Source: a bacterium BMS3Abin01 (GTDB taxonomy: Bacteria > Actinomycetota > Thermoleophilia > BMS3ABIN01). From it: a stretch of 64,000 nt of DNA. Position 1 is the first letter of the stretch. Every line of letters begins with the position of its first letter. The stretch is taken from the NCBI GenBank assembly GCA_002897715.1, contig BDUA01000039.1, positions 244-64,243 of the forward strand, read 5' to 3'. The notes under the pieces were generated by a model. It did not search any database. It saw nothing but the letters and a program-made list of their open reading frames with translations, and had not been told where the DNA came from. The translations under genes were made by a program, and so were the position numbers. Shown here piece after piece: positions 56,675 to 64,000 of this stretch.

Positions 56675-58069
56675 GTGGCAATAAAAAAACAACACGTGAA
56701 TTCGCAGACAACAAACCCGGTTAACGCTGCTTGCTGCCACGAGAGGGCATCGGGCGCGGGAAGGTTATGGCGAGGCCTGTTCTCCGGAGCCATAGCCTTG
56801 ATTGTGTTGCTGTTTATTACCGTCACCATACCCGCCGGCGCCCGGGCCTACACCGTGGAAAAACACGACGACCAGGTGACCGGCCAGATTGTCATCTCCC
56901 CCACCAAGATCGAACTCAACCTGGATCCGGGCGATACGGCCACCGCCGAGGTGGTATTGGTGAACCGCACCGGCGAGCCCGTCACTTTCCAGTTCTCCGC
57001 TGAGGACTTCGAGGGCTCCCATGATGCCTCACAGGCTACGGTCTTTCTGGGCGATGAGTTGAGCCCCAGAGGCGCCAGCCGGTGGCTCCACCCTGAAGTC
57101 AGCAGTATCGTGCTCGACAACGGCGAGACGCTCACCATGGCTGTCGAGGTATCCGTACCTCCCGGCGCCGAGCCCGGAGGCCACTATGCCGCCCTGTTCG
57201 CCTCGCGGACCACTGATCAATATGATAACGGCACCGCCATCAAGGTAACCGAGCGGCTGGGTACATTGTTCCTGATCAAGGTTACCGGCGCCATAGACGA
57301 AGCGGGAACATTGGATACGCCGGAGGTCAAGGGCTTCCTGGAGTACGGGCCGGTTTACATCGGCCTGGTGTTCAACAACCAAGGCAACATCCATCTTAAG
57401 CCGTCGGGGAAGGTGACCGTCCGCAACCTGCTGGGTCAGACAGTCGCAGAGATCCCCGTGGAAGAATGGATAGTCCTGCCTGACTCGTCGCGCCGCACCC
57501 TTGTAAAATGGGACCGTCACTACCTGCTGGGGCGCTACACGGCCACAGCCGAGATCACCTACGGCGACAGCGGCACCATCCTCATGTCCCAGAGTTCCTT
57601 CTGGGTGATCCCCTGGAAGATAATCCTCACACTTGTTCTCGGCCTGCTGCTTCTGGGCTTCATTATCAACAAACTGTACTGGCGGTCGGCGAAGCGTGAA
57701 CAGCCCGGCGACGGCACCGCGGATGAGCCGCCCCGGGTTGGCGCCCCGGCGGCACAACCGGACGAGCAGGCCCAGCCGCCCCATCAGGAGACCATGCCCC
57801 TGGAGCCCGTGGTACCCGATAGCTATATCGCCCTCAACGAGCTGTTCCCTTCCATGGGCGATGACCAGGTCATCAATCTGGATGACGCCGAGACCCACAG
57901 GCTGGTGCGGGAGATGATCAACAACAAACTGGATCTGGCGCGATCCTACCAGAAGCAGGGCATGACCGAAGCGGCGCGCTACGAACTGTATGAGGCTCGG
58001 GCCGCAGCCCAACGTATCGGGCTGCTGTCGGAGATCGGCATCATCGATGATCTGCTGATCTGGCTCTAG
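56675..58069 (+). CDS. Membrane-anchored cell-surface protein (signal peptide, ~280-aa beta domain, C-proximal TM after conserved 'WVIPWK', Pro-rich cytoplasmic tail), DUF916/DUF3324-like architecture
   Basis: Architecture matches the paralogue at 61843..62700: 'ISPTKIELNLDPGDTATAEVVLVNRTGEPV' vs 'VSPTVISPTIAAGDETRETVVLHNLSGRAL'. Conserved Trp-rich segment before the TM. Confidence 0.45.
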   Translation: MAIKKQHVNSQTTNPVNAACCHERASGAGRLWRGLFSGAIALIVLLFITVTIPAGARAYTVEKHDDQVTGQIVISPTKIELNLDPGDTATAEVVLVNRTGEPVTFQFSAEDFEGSHDASQATVFLGDELSPRGASRWLHPEVSSIVLDNGETLTMAVEVSVPPGAEPGGHYAALFASRTTDQYDNGTAIKVTERLGTLFLIKVTGAIDEAGTLDTPEVKGFLEYGPVYIGLVFNNQGNIHLKPSGKVTVRNLLGQTVAEIPVEEWIVLPDSSRRTLVKWDRHYLLGRYTATAEITYGDSGTILMSQSSFWVIPWKIILTLVLGLLLLGFIINKLYWRSAKREQPGDGTADEPPRVGAPAAQPDEQAQPPHQETMPLEPVVPDSYIALNELFPSMGDDQVINLDDAETHRLVREMINNKLDLARSYQKQGMTEAARYELYEARAAAQRIGLLSEIGIIDDLLIWL

Positions 58070-58440
58070 GGCCGGCGGCGCTTCGCTGATTGACATCCTG
58101 TAGCTAAAATGATAGCGTCATTGTTGCCGGTTCAAGCGTTTTACGGAGGCAGTGGCGATCATCCCCGGGCGTTGGTATCTCTTTCCTATGGTAGCTGTGA
58201 CGATGTTGGCAGCTTCTGCGGTCCTGCTGTTTTTCACCGTGGCCCCACCTTCCCTGGCCGCGTCTCGCTCCCGGCCCGCCATGGAGGCGGGACATACCCG
58301 GGTGACCGTCCGGGTGACCAGTTCCCTGGCTGTATCCACTGATGGCAGTGCCGAAGCCTCGGGGCCGGTGATCCGTATCAGGGGCCCTCAACCCGCAACC
58401 GTCTCCTTCCTGGTGATGGACGGCTGAGCGTTCCGGTCTT

Positions 58441-61400
58441 TTATTCCGGATAGGCGGTATAGACCACGTTAGCGGTGTAACTGCCGGAGACAGACGGCGC
58501 CGGCACGACCAGACGGTAGTCGAACAGAAACGAGGCGCCGGCGGTCGCGGGCAGTCCGTCGGCTACGATCGTGCTCGCCGGGGTCTTCACAAACGGCTGA
58601 TAGGCCGATGGCGCCTGAGCGTTCTGCTTCCAGCCCAGGTTCACGATATCGATGAAATTGGCCGGATTGGACTGCAACAGATCCCCGTCAGACGCGACTT
58701 TCAGCCCCCAGGTGACATTGGACTTGACCGTGAGCCTGGCGGCATAAGCCGGAGACGAAGCATCCCCTACGTAATAGGTCGTACCCTCACTGACATTGCC
58801 GAAACCCACCGAGCTGGTACCCGGGGTGCCGTCACGGTTCCAGGTATCGTCGATGGTCACGGTTATGGAGCCCGGCGCCGGCACGTACTCGATCACCAGC
58901 TTGGGCCTGAGGGACGGATCGGCGCTGAAGTCGGATGAATAGAACAGTTTAACGTCAGACTCCGCCGGGTTCTCCACATCCTTCTTGATGATCATCCCCC
59001 TGTTGGTTACCGTGCCGTTCACCCATGACTGGGTCAACGCCGCAAGGTCCCAATCGACCCAGACCGCGGTCGCCGCCGGTGCCACGGCGCTGGCGCTGAC
59101 GGTGGCGTTGAAGTCCCCGCCGGGGCTGGCCCAGCTGCTGCTGCCGTCGTAGGTATTCCAGGTGGCCCCGTCACCGCTCTGGGTCCAGTAGCCGGTGCCC
59201 TCCGTCCAGTCGCGGGTAAGATAGTGCACGTCCATGGTCGGGGTGCTGGTATCCCCCTGACCCGCCTGGTAGAGCGACAGCGTTGCCGAGTTGATCGTCG
59301 ACCCGGTGGGTATGGCTGACAGGTCAAAACGAAGGTTGCAGCGTATGTTCCCCCAGAAGGAAGTGGGATAATCCCCCGCCAGCAGCCATGTCGTCGCGCC
59401 CGAGTTCAGGTCCGGCCGGTAGCTCTGCAGGGTATCGTCCACACCGTCGGCCGGCCCGGGCTGGATCACCATCTGGATGGCGGCCTGGAAGACATAGTCA
59501 CCGGAAACGGTCTCGTTGCCGGATGGGTCGATGGTTCTGACCCGGTAATGGTAGACGGTGCCCGCGGTCAGACCGGACAGGGACACCACGTGCTGGTTGC
59601 TGATGGCCGTGTCCAGAGTAGTGGTCGAACCATAACTGGTGGTGGTGCCGTATTCCACCTGGGATGTTCCCCCTTCGCAACTGGACCATTTTATGTCGGC
59701 TGTGGTGGTAGTGATGTTCTCAGCCCGGACCTCGCCCAGGTTGGGGGGCGTGACATCGTCGCCCAGCCATTCGATGGTCAGCTTGGGTCTTAACGTACGG
59801 TCCACCACGTATTCGGAGGAGTAGAATTCCTTGGCGTCACTGCCGGTGGGGCTCTCCGGATCCTGTTTGATGAGGACACCGAAATTGTCAACAGTGCCGT
59901 CTATCCAGTCCCGGGTGAGCGCAGCCAGATCCCAGTCCACCCAGACACCGGTGACCCCGGGCGCCACGGCGCTGGCGCCGGCGGTGGCGTTGAAATCCCC
60001 GCCGGGGCTGGTCCAGCTGTTGCTGCCGTCGTAGGTGTCCCAGGTGGCCCCGTCGCCGGTTACCGATCCGCTGCCGGTCCCTTCACTCCAGTCGCCGGTC
60101 AGATAGTGGGCATCCAGGTCAGGGGTACTGCTGTCCCCCTGACCCATCTGGTACAGTGACATGGTAGCGCTGTTGATGGTGGCGCCGGCCGGTATGAAAC
60201 CCAGGTCGAAATCCAGCAGGGACCGCATGGTCCCCCAGTCGGCGCCCGGCAGGTCGCCGACCTGGAGGCTGGTCTCGGCGCCCCGGTTCCATGCAGGCCG
60301 TGAGCTGCCGATATACGTGTCCCTGGCCATGGCGGGAAAGGGCTGCAGAACGGTGATGTTGGCGGTCCTGAAGCTGTTCTCCGCCGAGTAGGAGATGTTA
60401 CCGGCCCGGTCCGCCGAACGCACACGGTAATAATAGGTAGTCGATTCCTGCAAGCCGGAGATGGGTTGGCTGTGGCCGGTCAGCATGGTGCTGTCCAGCG
60501 GCGTCGACCAGGTATATACGCCGGAACTGGTGCCATATTCCACCTGGGAGTCGGCGGCCTCGTCCGTGGTCCAGGTGATGATGACGTTGCTGCTGGCTAT
60601 ATTGCCCGCCTGCACTGCGGAGATCACCGGAAAGGTATTGTCAACATTAACCTGGATGGAAGACACCGCCGTGTTGTAAGCACGGTCCGTCGCCGTCAGG
60701 CGCAGGGTATAGAGGCCGTCGCTGACGGCGGCCGTGTCCCAGGTGCCCAGCAGGCCCGCCAGCACCGGGCTGGCGCCGATGGTAATCTGCGTCCACGAGA
60801 CCGGCGCCGCACCGGCGCCGTACTCCAGCAGGTAGTTATAGAAGCTGTAAGCGTCGTCTACCGTGCCCCGTACCGGCAGCGAACCAGAGACCCAGTCGCC
60901 GTCTGACGGGTCGGAGATGATGGCGGTGGGCGCGGAGGCGTCTATCTGGAGCATGCGTGACTGCCTCTGGATATCGTCGCCGGTGGCAGACAGCAGCCGC
61001 GTTCTCAGCCAGTACCAGTCACCGTCGGTAAGACCACCGGCCGGCAGGGTAAGCTGGAAATCATACCAGTTGCCGTTCCGGGTCACGGCAGGCGCCGCCC
61101 ACGACTTCACGCTGCTGTTGGTAAATCTCCGCAGCCGCTGCTGGCCGCTGCCGGTTAATATCTGGTCGTAGTCCGCCCCCGTGCCCCAGGCGCGGATGTA
61201 TACGGTGGCGCCGGGGGCAAAGGTGTAGGATTCATCTGTTCGCGCCGCATCGCTGTAAATTCTGGCGTACTGGTTTAGGCCGTACAGCGATATCTGCTGC
61301 TCGAACTGAACACGGGGGCCGCTGCCGCCGTTTCTCACCCTTCCCCATATTTTCATATAGTCTGACTGGCCGGCGGGGATGGTCACCTGGGACGTATAGA

Positions 61401-61788
61401 TATATGGCGCGGTGAAAGTGACCTGGGTCCAGTTGGCAACCCGGATATTGGTGTTCTGGTAGCGGCGTAACCGCATCCTGTTTCTCTTGCCGGAAACAGC
61501 GCCGACGCGGTCGGTCGTCACCCGCACATAGACCGTATCGCCCGGGTTGAACTCGGTGGTGTGAACCATACAGGCGGCATCGGCGCAGATCTCGATAATA
61601 TCGCCGTTGGCTTCGGTGTAGGGAGCATCCGGCCCCAGGACCGCCTGGGAGCGGTAGGCCGTCAGGAAAAAAACGGCCGCAGCCGCGGCCAGCACCAGCA
61701 GGACGCCGGCAAACGCCCTCCCTGGCTCCACCTGGTTATGATAATCATGCCGGCGGTCTTGCGCACCGGTTTCGGGCCCGTCTGCCAA
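58441..61788 (-). CDS. Giant (1115 aa) secreted/anchored protein with fibronectin type III domains and two tandem ~215-aa repeats
   Basis: N-terminal signal anchor. FN3-like 'VEYGTSSGVYTW...YYYRVRSADRAGN' and 'VEYGTTTSYGSTT...YHYRVRTIDPSGN'. Two repeats about 70% identical, 'SLLDFDLGFIPAGATINSATMSLYQMGQGDSSTPDLDAHYLTGDWSEGTG...RPKLTIEW' and 'RFDLSAIPTGSTINSATLSLYQAGQGDTSTPTMDVHYLTRDWTEGTG...RPKLVIEY'. Confidence 0.7.
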   Translation of the reverse strand: MADGPETGAQDRRHDYHNQVEPGRAFAGVLLVLAAAAAVFFLTAYRSQAVLGPDAPYTEANGDIIEICADAACMVHTTEFNPGDTVYVRVTTDRVGAVSGKRNRMRLRRYQNTNIRVANWTQVTFTAPYIYTSQVTIPAGQSDYMKIWGRVRNGGSGPRVQFEQQISLYGLNQYARIYSDAARTDESYTFAPGATVYIRAWGTGADYDQILTGSGQQRLRRFTNSSVKSWAAPAVTRNGNWYDFQLTLPAGGLTDGDWYWLRTRLLSATGDDIQRQSRMLQIDASAPTAIISDPSDGDWVSGSLPVRGTVDDAYSFYNYLLEYGAGAAPVSWTQITIGASPVLAGLLGTWDTAAVSDGLYTLRLTATDRAYNTAVSSIQVNVDNTFPVISAVQAGNIASSNVIITWTTDEAADSQVEYGTSSGVYTWSTPLDSTMLTGHSQPISGLQESTTYYYRVRSADRAGNISYSAENSFRTANITVLQPFPAMARDTYIGSSRPAWNRGAETSLQVGDLPGADWGTMRSLLDFDLGFIPAGATINSATMSLYQMGQGDSSTPDLDAHYLTGDWSEGTGSGSVTGDGATWDTYDGSNSWTSPGGDFNATAGASAVAPGVTGVWVDWDLAALTRDWIDGTVDNFGVLIKQDPESPTGSDAKEFYSSEYVVDRTLRPKLTIEWLGDDVTPPNLGEVRAENITTTTADIKWSSCEGGTSQVEYGTTTSYGSTTTLDTAISNQHVVSLSGLTAGTVYHYRVRTIDPSGNETVSGDYVFQAAIQMVIQPGPADGVDDTLQSYRPDLNSGATTWLLAGDYPTSFWGNIRCNLRFDLSAIPTGSTINSATLSLYQAGQGDTSTPTMDVHYLTRDWTEGTGYWTQSGDGATWNTYDGSSSWASPGGDFNATVSASAVAPAATAVWVDWDLAALTQSWVNGTVTNRGMIIKKDVENPAESDVKLFYSSDFSADPSLRPKLVIEYVPAPGSITVTIDDTWNRDGTPGTSSVGFGNVSEGTTYYVGDASSPAYAARLTVKSNVTWGLKVASDGDLLQSNPANFIDIVNLGWKQNAQAPSAYQPFVKTPASTIVADGLPATAGASFLFDYRLVVPAPSVSGSYTANVVYTAYPE

Positions 61789-61842
61789 ATCTTCTACCTC
61801 CCAGGGAATCCCCCACAGAACGAGTTACCGCAGGGGGATTTT

Positions 61843-62700
61843 CTACTGCCCTTTTCGCCAGTTTGGAGGTAAAACATTAGCCACACCGGCAGAGGCGAAC
61901 ATGCCCGCCGCCGCCGCCAGTGATACCGCCGCCAGCGCCAGGAGAAAACGCCAGGGGGCGATGATGAGCCACGCCTTGTGTTCAACGGGAGCACCCACAC
62001 CCGTATCGATGAAAAGGGTTACCCGGCCGAGGGAGAATGCCGGCGTATCGGCCCACACCAAACGCATGCTGGTGCTCTCGCCCACAGCCAGTTCCCCGCT
62101 GCCGGCGGACAGTTTCCTGTCCCGCGCCAGCAAGCCGGAATATTCCATGCCACCGGCCATCCTGGTGGGAAACCTGCCGTTGTTACGGCCGGCCACGGTG
62201 AACAGTATGGGGCTGCCGGCGTCGACCAGGTGAGGAGTGTGAAAAATGGTCTGATCCACCGGGACGATCACCTCGATCTCCAGGTTGACCCCCACCTGCC
62301 CGGCGATGGAGACGTCCTGCTCCCTGGCCGGGGCCGCCAGAAACAGGATGGTGCCATCCACCCTGCCCGCCACTGCCTCCCGGCCGGCGGCCACCCTCAC
62401 TGACACCGGGACGGATTCTCCAGCCGCTATGGTCATCTCGGCCGGCTCCACCCCGGCGGTGACGCCACCCCCTTCAACCCCGCTCAACTCCACCTTGGCC
62501 CGGATCCCGAGCGCCCTGCCCGACAGGTTGTGCAACACCACCGTTTCCCTGGTCTCATCGCCGGCGGCGATGGTGGGGCTGATGACCGTCGGGCTCACCT
62601 GCAGACCCACTTCTTCCCGGGCAAGCGACCCGCCGGTATTGAACAGGGTCAGGAAGACACCGATGCTGACCGCTGTTAGTGTAGCCAAGAACCTGGACAT
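61843..62700 (-). CDS. Membrane-anchored cell-surface protein, paralogue of 56675..58069 (DUF916/DUF3324-like architecture)
   Basis: Signal peptide, beta-rich domain, 'AWLIIAPWRF' + TM near the C-terminus. Confidence 0.45.
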   Translation of the reverse strand: MSRFLATLTAVSIGVFLTLFNTGGSLAREEVGLQVSPTVISPTIAAGDETRETVVLHNLSGRALGIRAKVELSGVEGGGVTAGVEPAEMTIAAGESVPVSVRVAAGREAVAGRVDGTILFLAAPAREQDVSIAGQVGVNLEIEVIVPVDQTIFHTPHLVDAGSPILFTVAGRNNGRFPTRMAGGMEYSGLLARDRKLSAGSGELAVGESTSMRLVWADTPAFSLGRVTLFIDTGVGAPVEHKAWLIIAPWRFLLALAAVSLAAAAGMFASAGVANVLPPNWRKGQ

Positions 62701-62743
62701 GCAGGCCTACTTCTGCATGAAGGGATATTTCACCTGCAAAAAG

Positions 62744-64000
62744 TCACTTTTTCCTCGAAAGGAGCAGAGGCTTGAGCGCCTTGCCGGTGTATGATTTTCG
62801 CACCCGGATGATCTCTTCCGGCGTTCCCGCCGCCACCACATCACCACCGGCGTCGCCACCCTCCGGACCCAGGTCGATGATGAAGTCGGCGCATTTGATC
62901 ACATCGAGGTTGTGCTCGATCACCACCACCGTGTTACCGGCGTCCACCAGGCGCTGCAGAACCTCCAGCAGCTTCTCGATATCGGCGAAGTGCAGCCCCG
63001 TGGTCGGTTCATCAAGGATATACAGGGTACGGCCGGTGGCTATCTTGTTGAGCTCGGATGATAGCTTGATTCGCTGAGCCTCGCCGCCGGAGAGGGTGGT
63101 GGCCGGCTGACCCAGGCGGATATAGCCTAGCCCCACATCCACCATCGTCTGCAGGCGCCTGACTATCACGGGGATGGCGGCGAAGAATTCCAGCGCCTGG
63201 GCTACGCTCATGTCCAGCACATCGGCGATGTTCTTCCCCTTGAACCTCACTTCCAGGGTCTCACGGTCGTAGCGTCTGCCCCTGCAGACCTCACAAGGCA
63301 CATAGATGTCGGGCAGGAAGTGCATCTCGATCTTGATGGTGCCGTCGCCGCGGCAGGCCTCGCAGCGCCCTCCCTTAACGTTGAAACTGAACCTTCCCGG
63401 TTTGTAGCCGCGCACCTTGGCCTCCGGCGTCACGGCGTACAGCCGGCGTATATGGTCGAAAACACCGGTATAGGTGGCAGGGTTGGAACGGGGCGTACGA
63501 CCGATGGGAGACTGGTCGATGTTGATTACCTTGTCCAGCTGTTCCTTGCCGTCGATGCCGTCGTGTTTGCCGGGAGCCACCTGGGAACGGTATACATCCT
63601 GTGCCAGGGAACGGTACAGTACATCGTTTACCAGGGTGGATTTTCCCGAACCGGATACGCCGGTGACACAGACGAAGCGACCCAGGGGGATCACCACATC
63701 GATGGACTTGAGGTTGTGTTCACTGGCGCCCCTGATGGTCACCTGTCCGTCGCCGGCGGGACGGCGCTCCGGCACCTCGATGGCGCGCCTGCCGGTGAGA
63801 TAGGCGGCGGTGAGACTCTGGCGACACTTAAGGATGCTGGCCATGGTCCCCTGGGCCACCAGCTCTCCCCCGCGCTCCCCGGCTCCCGGCCCCATGTCGA
63901 CGACATGGTCGGCGGCGCGCATGGTCTCCTCGTCGTGCTCTACCACCAGCACCGTATTGCCCAGGTCGCGCAGGCGGTGCAGGGTATCGATGAGCTTCCG
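62744..64000 (-). CDS. uvrA: Excinuclease ABC subunit A (C-terminal part; gene continues beyond the window end)
   Basis: '[33 protein letters not shown]', '[13 protein letters not shown]' (second Walker A), '[15 protein letters not shown]' (ABC signature), zinc-finger CxxC pairs. Open frame runs to position 64000. Confidence 0.9.
   Translation of the reverse strand, partial: RKLIDTLHRLRDLGNTVLVVEHDEETMRAADHVVDMGPGAGERGGELVAQGTMASILKCRQSLTAAYLTGRRAIEVPERRPAGDGQVTIRGASEHNLKSIDVVIPLGRFVCVTGVSGSGKSTLVNDVLYRSLAQDVYRSQVAPGKHDGIDGKEQLDKVINIDQSPIGRTPRSNPATYTGVFDHIRRLYAVTPEAKVRGYKPGRFSFNVKGGRCEACRGDGTIKIEMHFLPDIYVPCEVCRGRRYDRETLEVRFKGKNIADVLDMSVAQALEFFAAIPVIVRRLQTMVDVGLGYIRLGQPATTLSGGEAQRIKLSSELNKIATGRTLYILDEPTTGLHFADIEKLLEVLQRLVDAGNTVVVIEHNLDVIKCADFIIDLGPEGGDAGGDVVAAGTPEEIIRVRKSYTGKALKPLLLSRKK

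Noticed and set aside
57029-58096. 355-aa minus-strand ORF over the 464-aa surface protein gene
   Set aside because: It is antisense, and the sense frame has a signal peptide and a paralogue elsewhere in the window.
58152-58427. 91-aa plus-strand ORF with a hydrophobic N-terminus between the surface-protein genes
   Set aside because: There is no ribosome-binding site or conservation evidence. It overlaps an equally plausible minus-strand ORF and is likely non-coding intergenic.

Overview
High-GC (~65%) bacterial chromosomal window. It is almost entirely coding, with no mobile elements or CRISPR arrays detected. The largest block (~1.1-33.3 kb, mostly minus strand) is a cell-envelope glycan locus with two parts. 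The first is an Arn-like lipid-linked amino-sugar module: two GT-C ArnT/PMT-like transferases, a DegT/ArnB-like aminotransferase, two Dpm1/ArnC-like GT2s and an ArnE/ArnF-like small flippase pair. It carries an unusual load of radical SAM enzymes: five cobalamin-binding class B radical SAMs and one SPASM/twitch-type radical SAM. Also embedded are an MTA/SAH (5'-deoxyadenosine) nucleosidase homologue, a PEP-synthase-like phosphotransferase, a two-component system and two DUF202-repeat membrane proteins. The second part is a conventional Wzx/Wzy-type polysaccharide set: flippase, three GT4s, a WbaP-like initiating phosphotransferase, a Wzy-like polymerase and an LCP ligase. Downstream come housekeeping and miscellaneous genes: ROK kinase, DUF362 Fe-S protein, a small 2x[4Fe-4S] ferredoxin missed by the ORF track, rsmI, a fifth B12 radical SAM, DUF1015, a CaCA antiporter, tRNA-Lys(CUU), a LexA-regulated Y-family polymerase operon with a clear operator-in-promoter, rpoD, a TlpA/CcdA/Lgt envelope block, and uvrA (truncated at the window end). 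Two further accessory modules stand out. One is a PNAG-like exopolysaccharide set: GH26, a processive-type GT2, a 53-aa LPVTG-containing peptide and a CE4 deacetylase. The other is a cell-surface protein cluster with a candidate c-di-GMP-I (GEMM) riboswitch in its upstream leader; the cluster holds a WxL-like secreted protein, two DUF916/DUF3324-like anchored proteins and an 1115-aa FN3/tandem-repeat protein.
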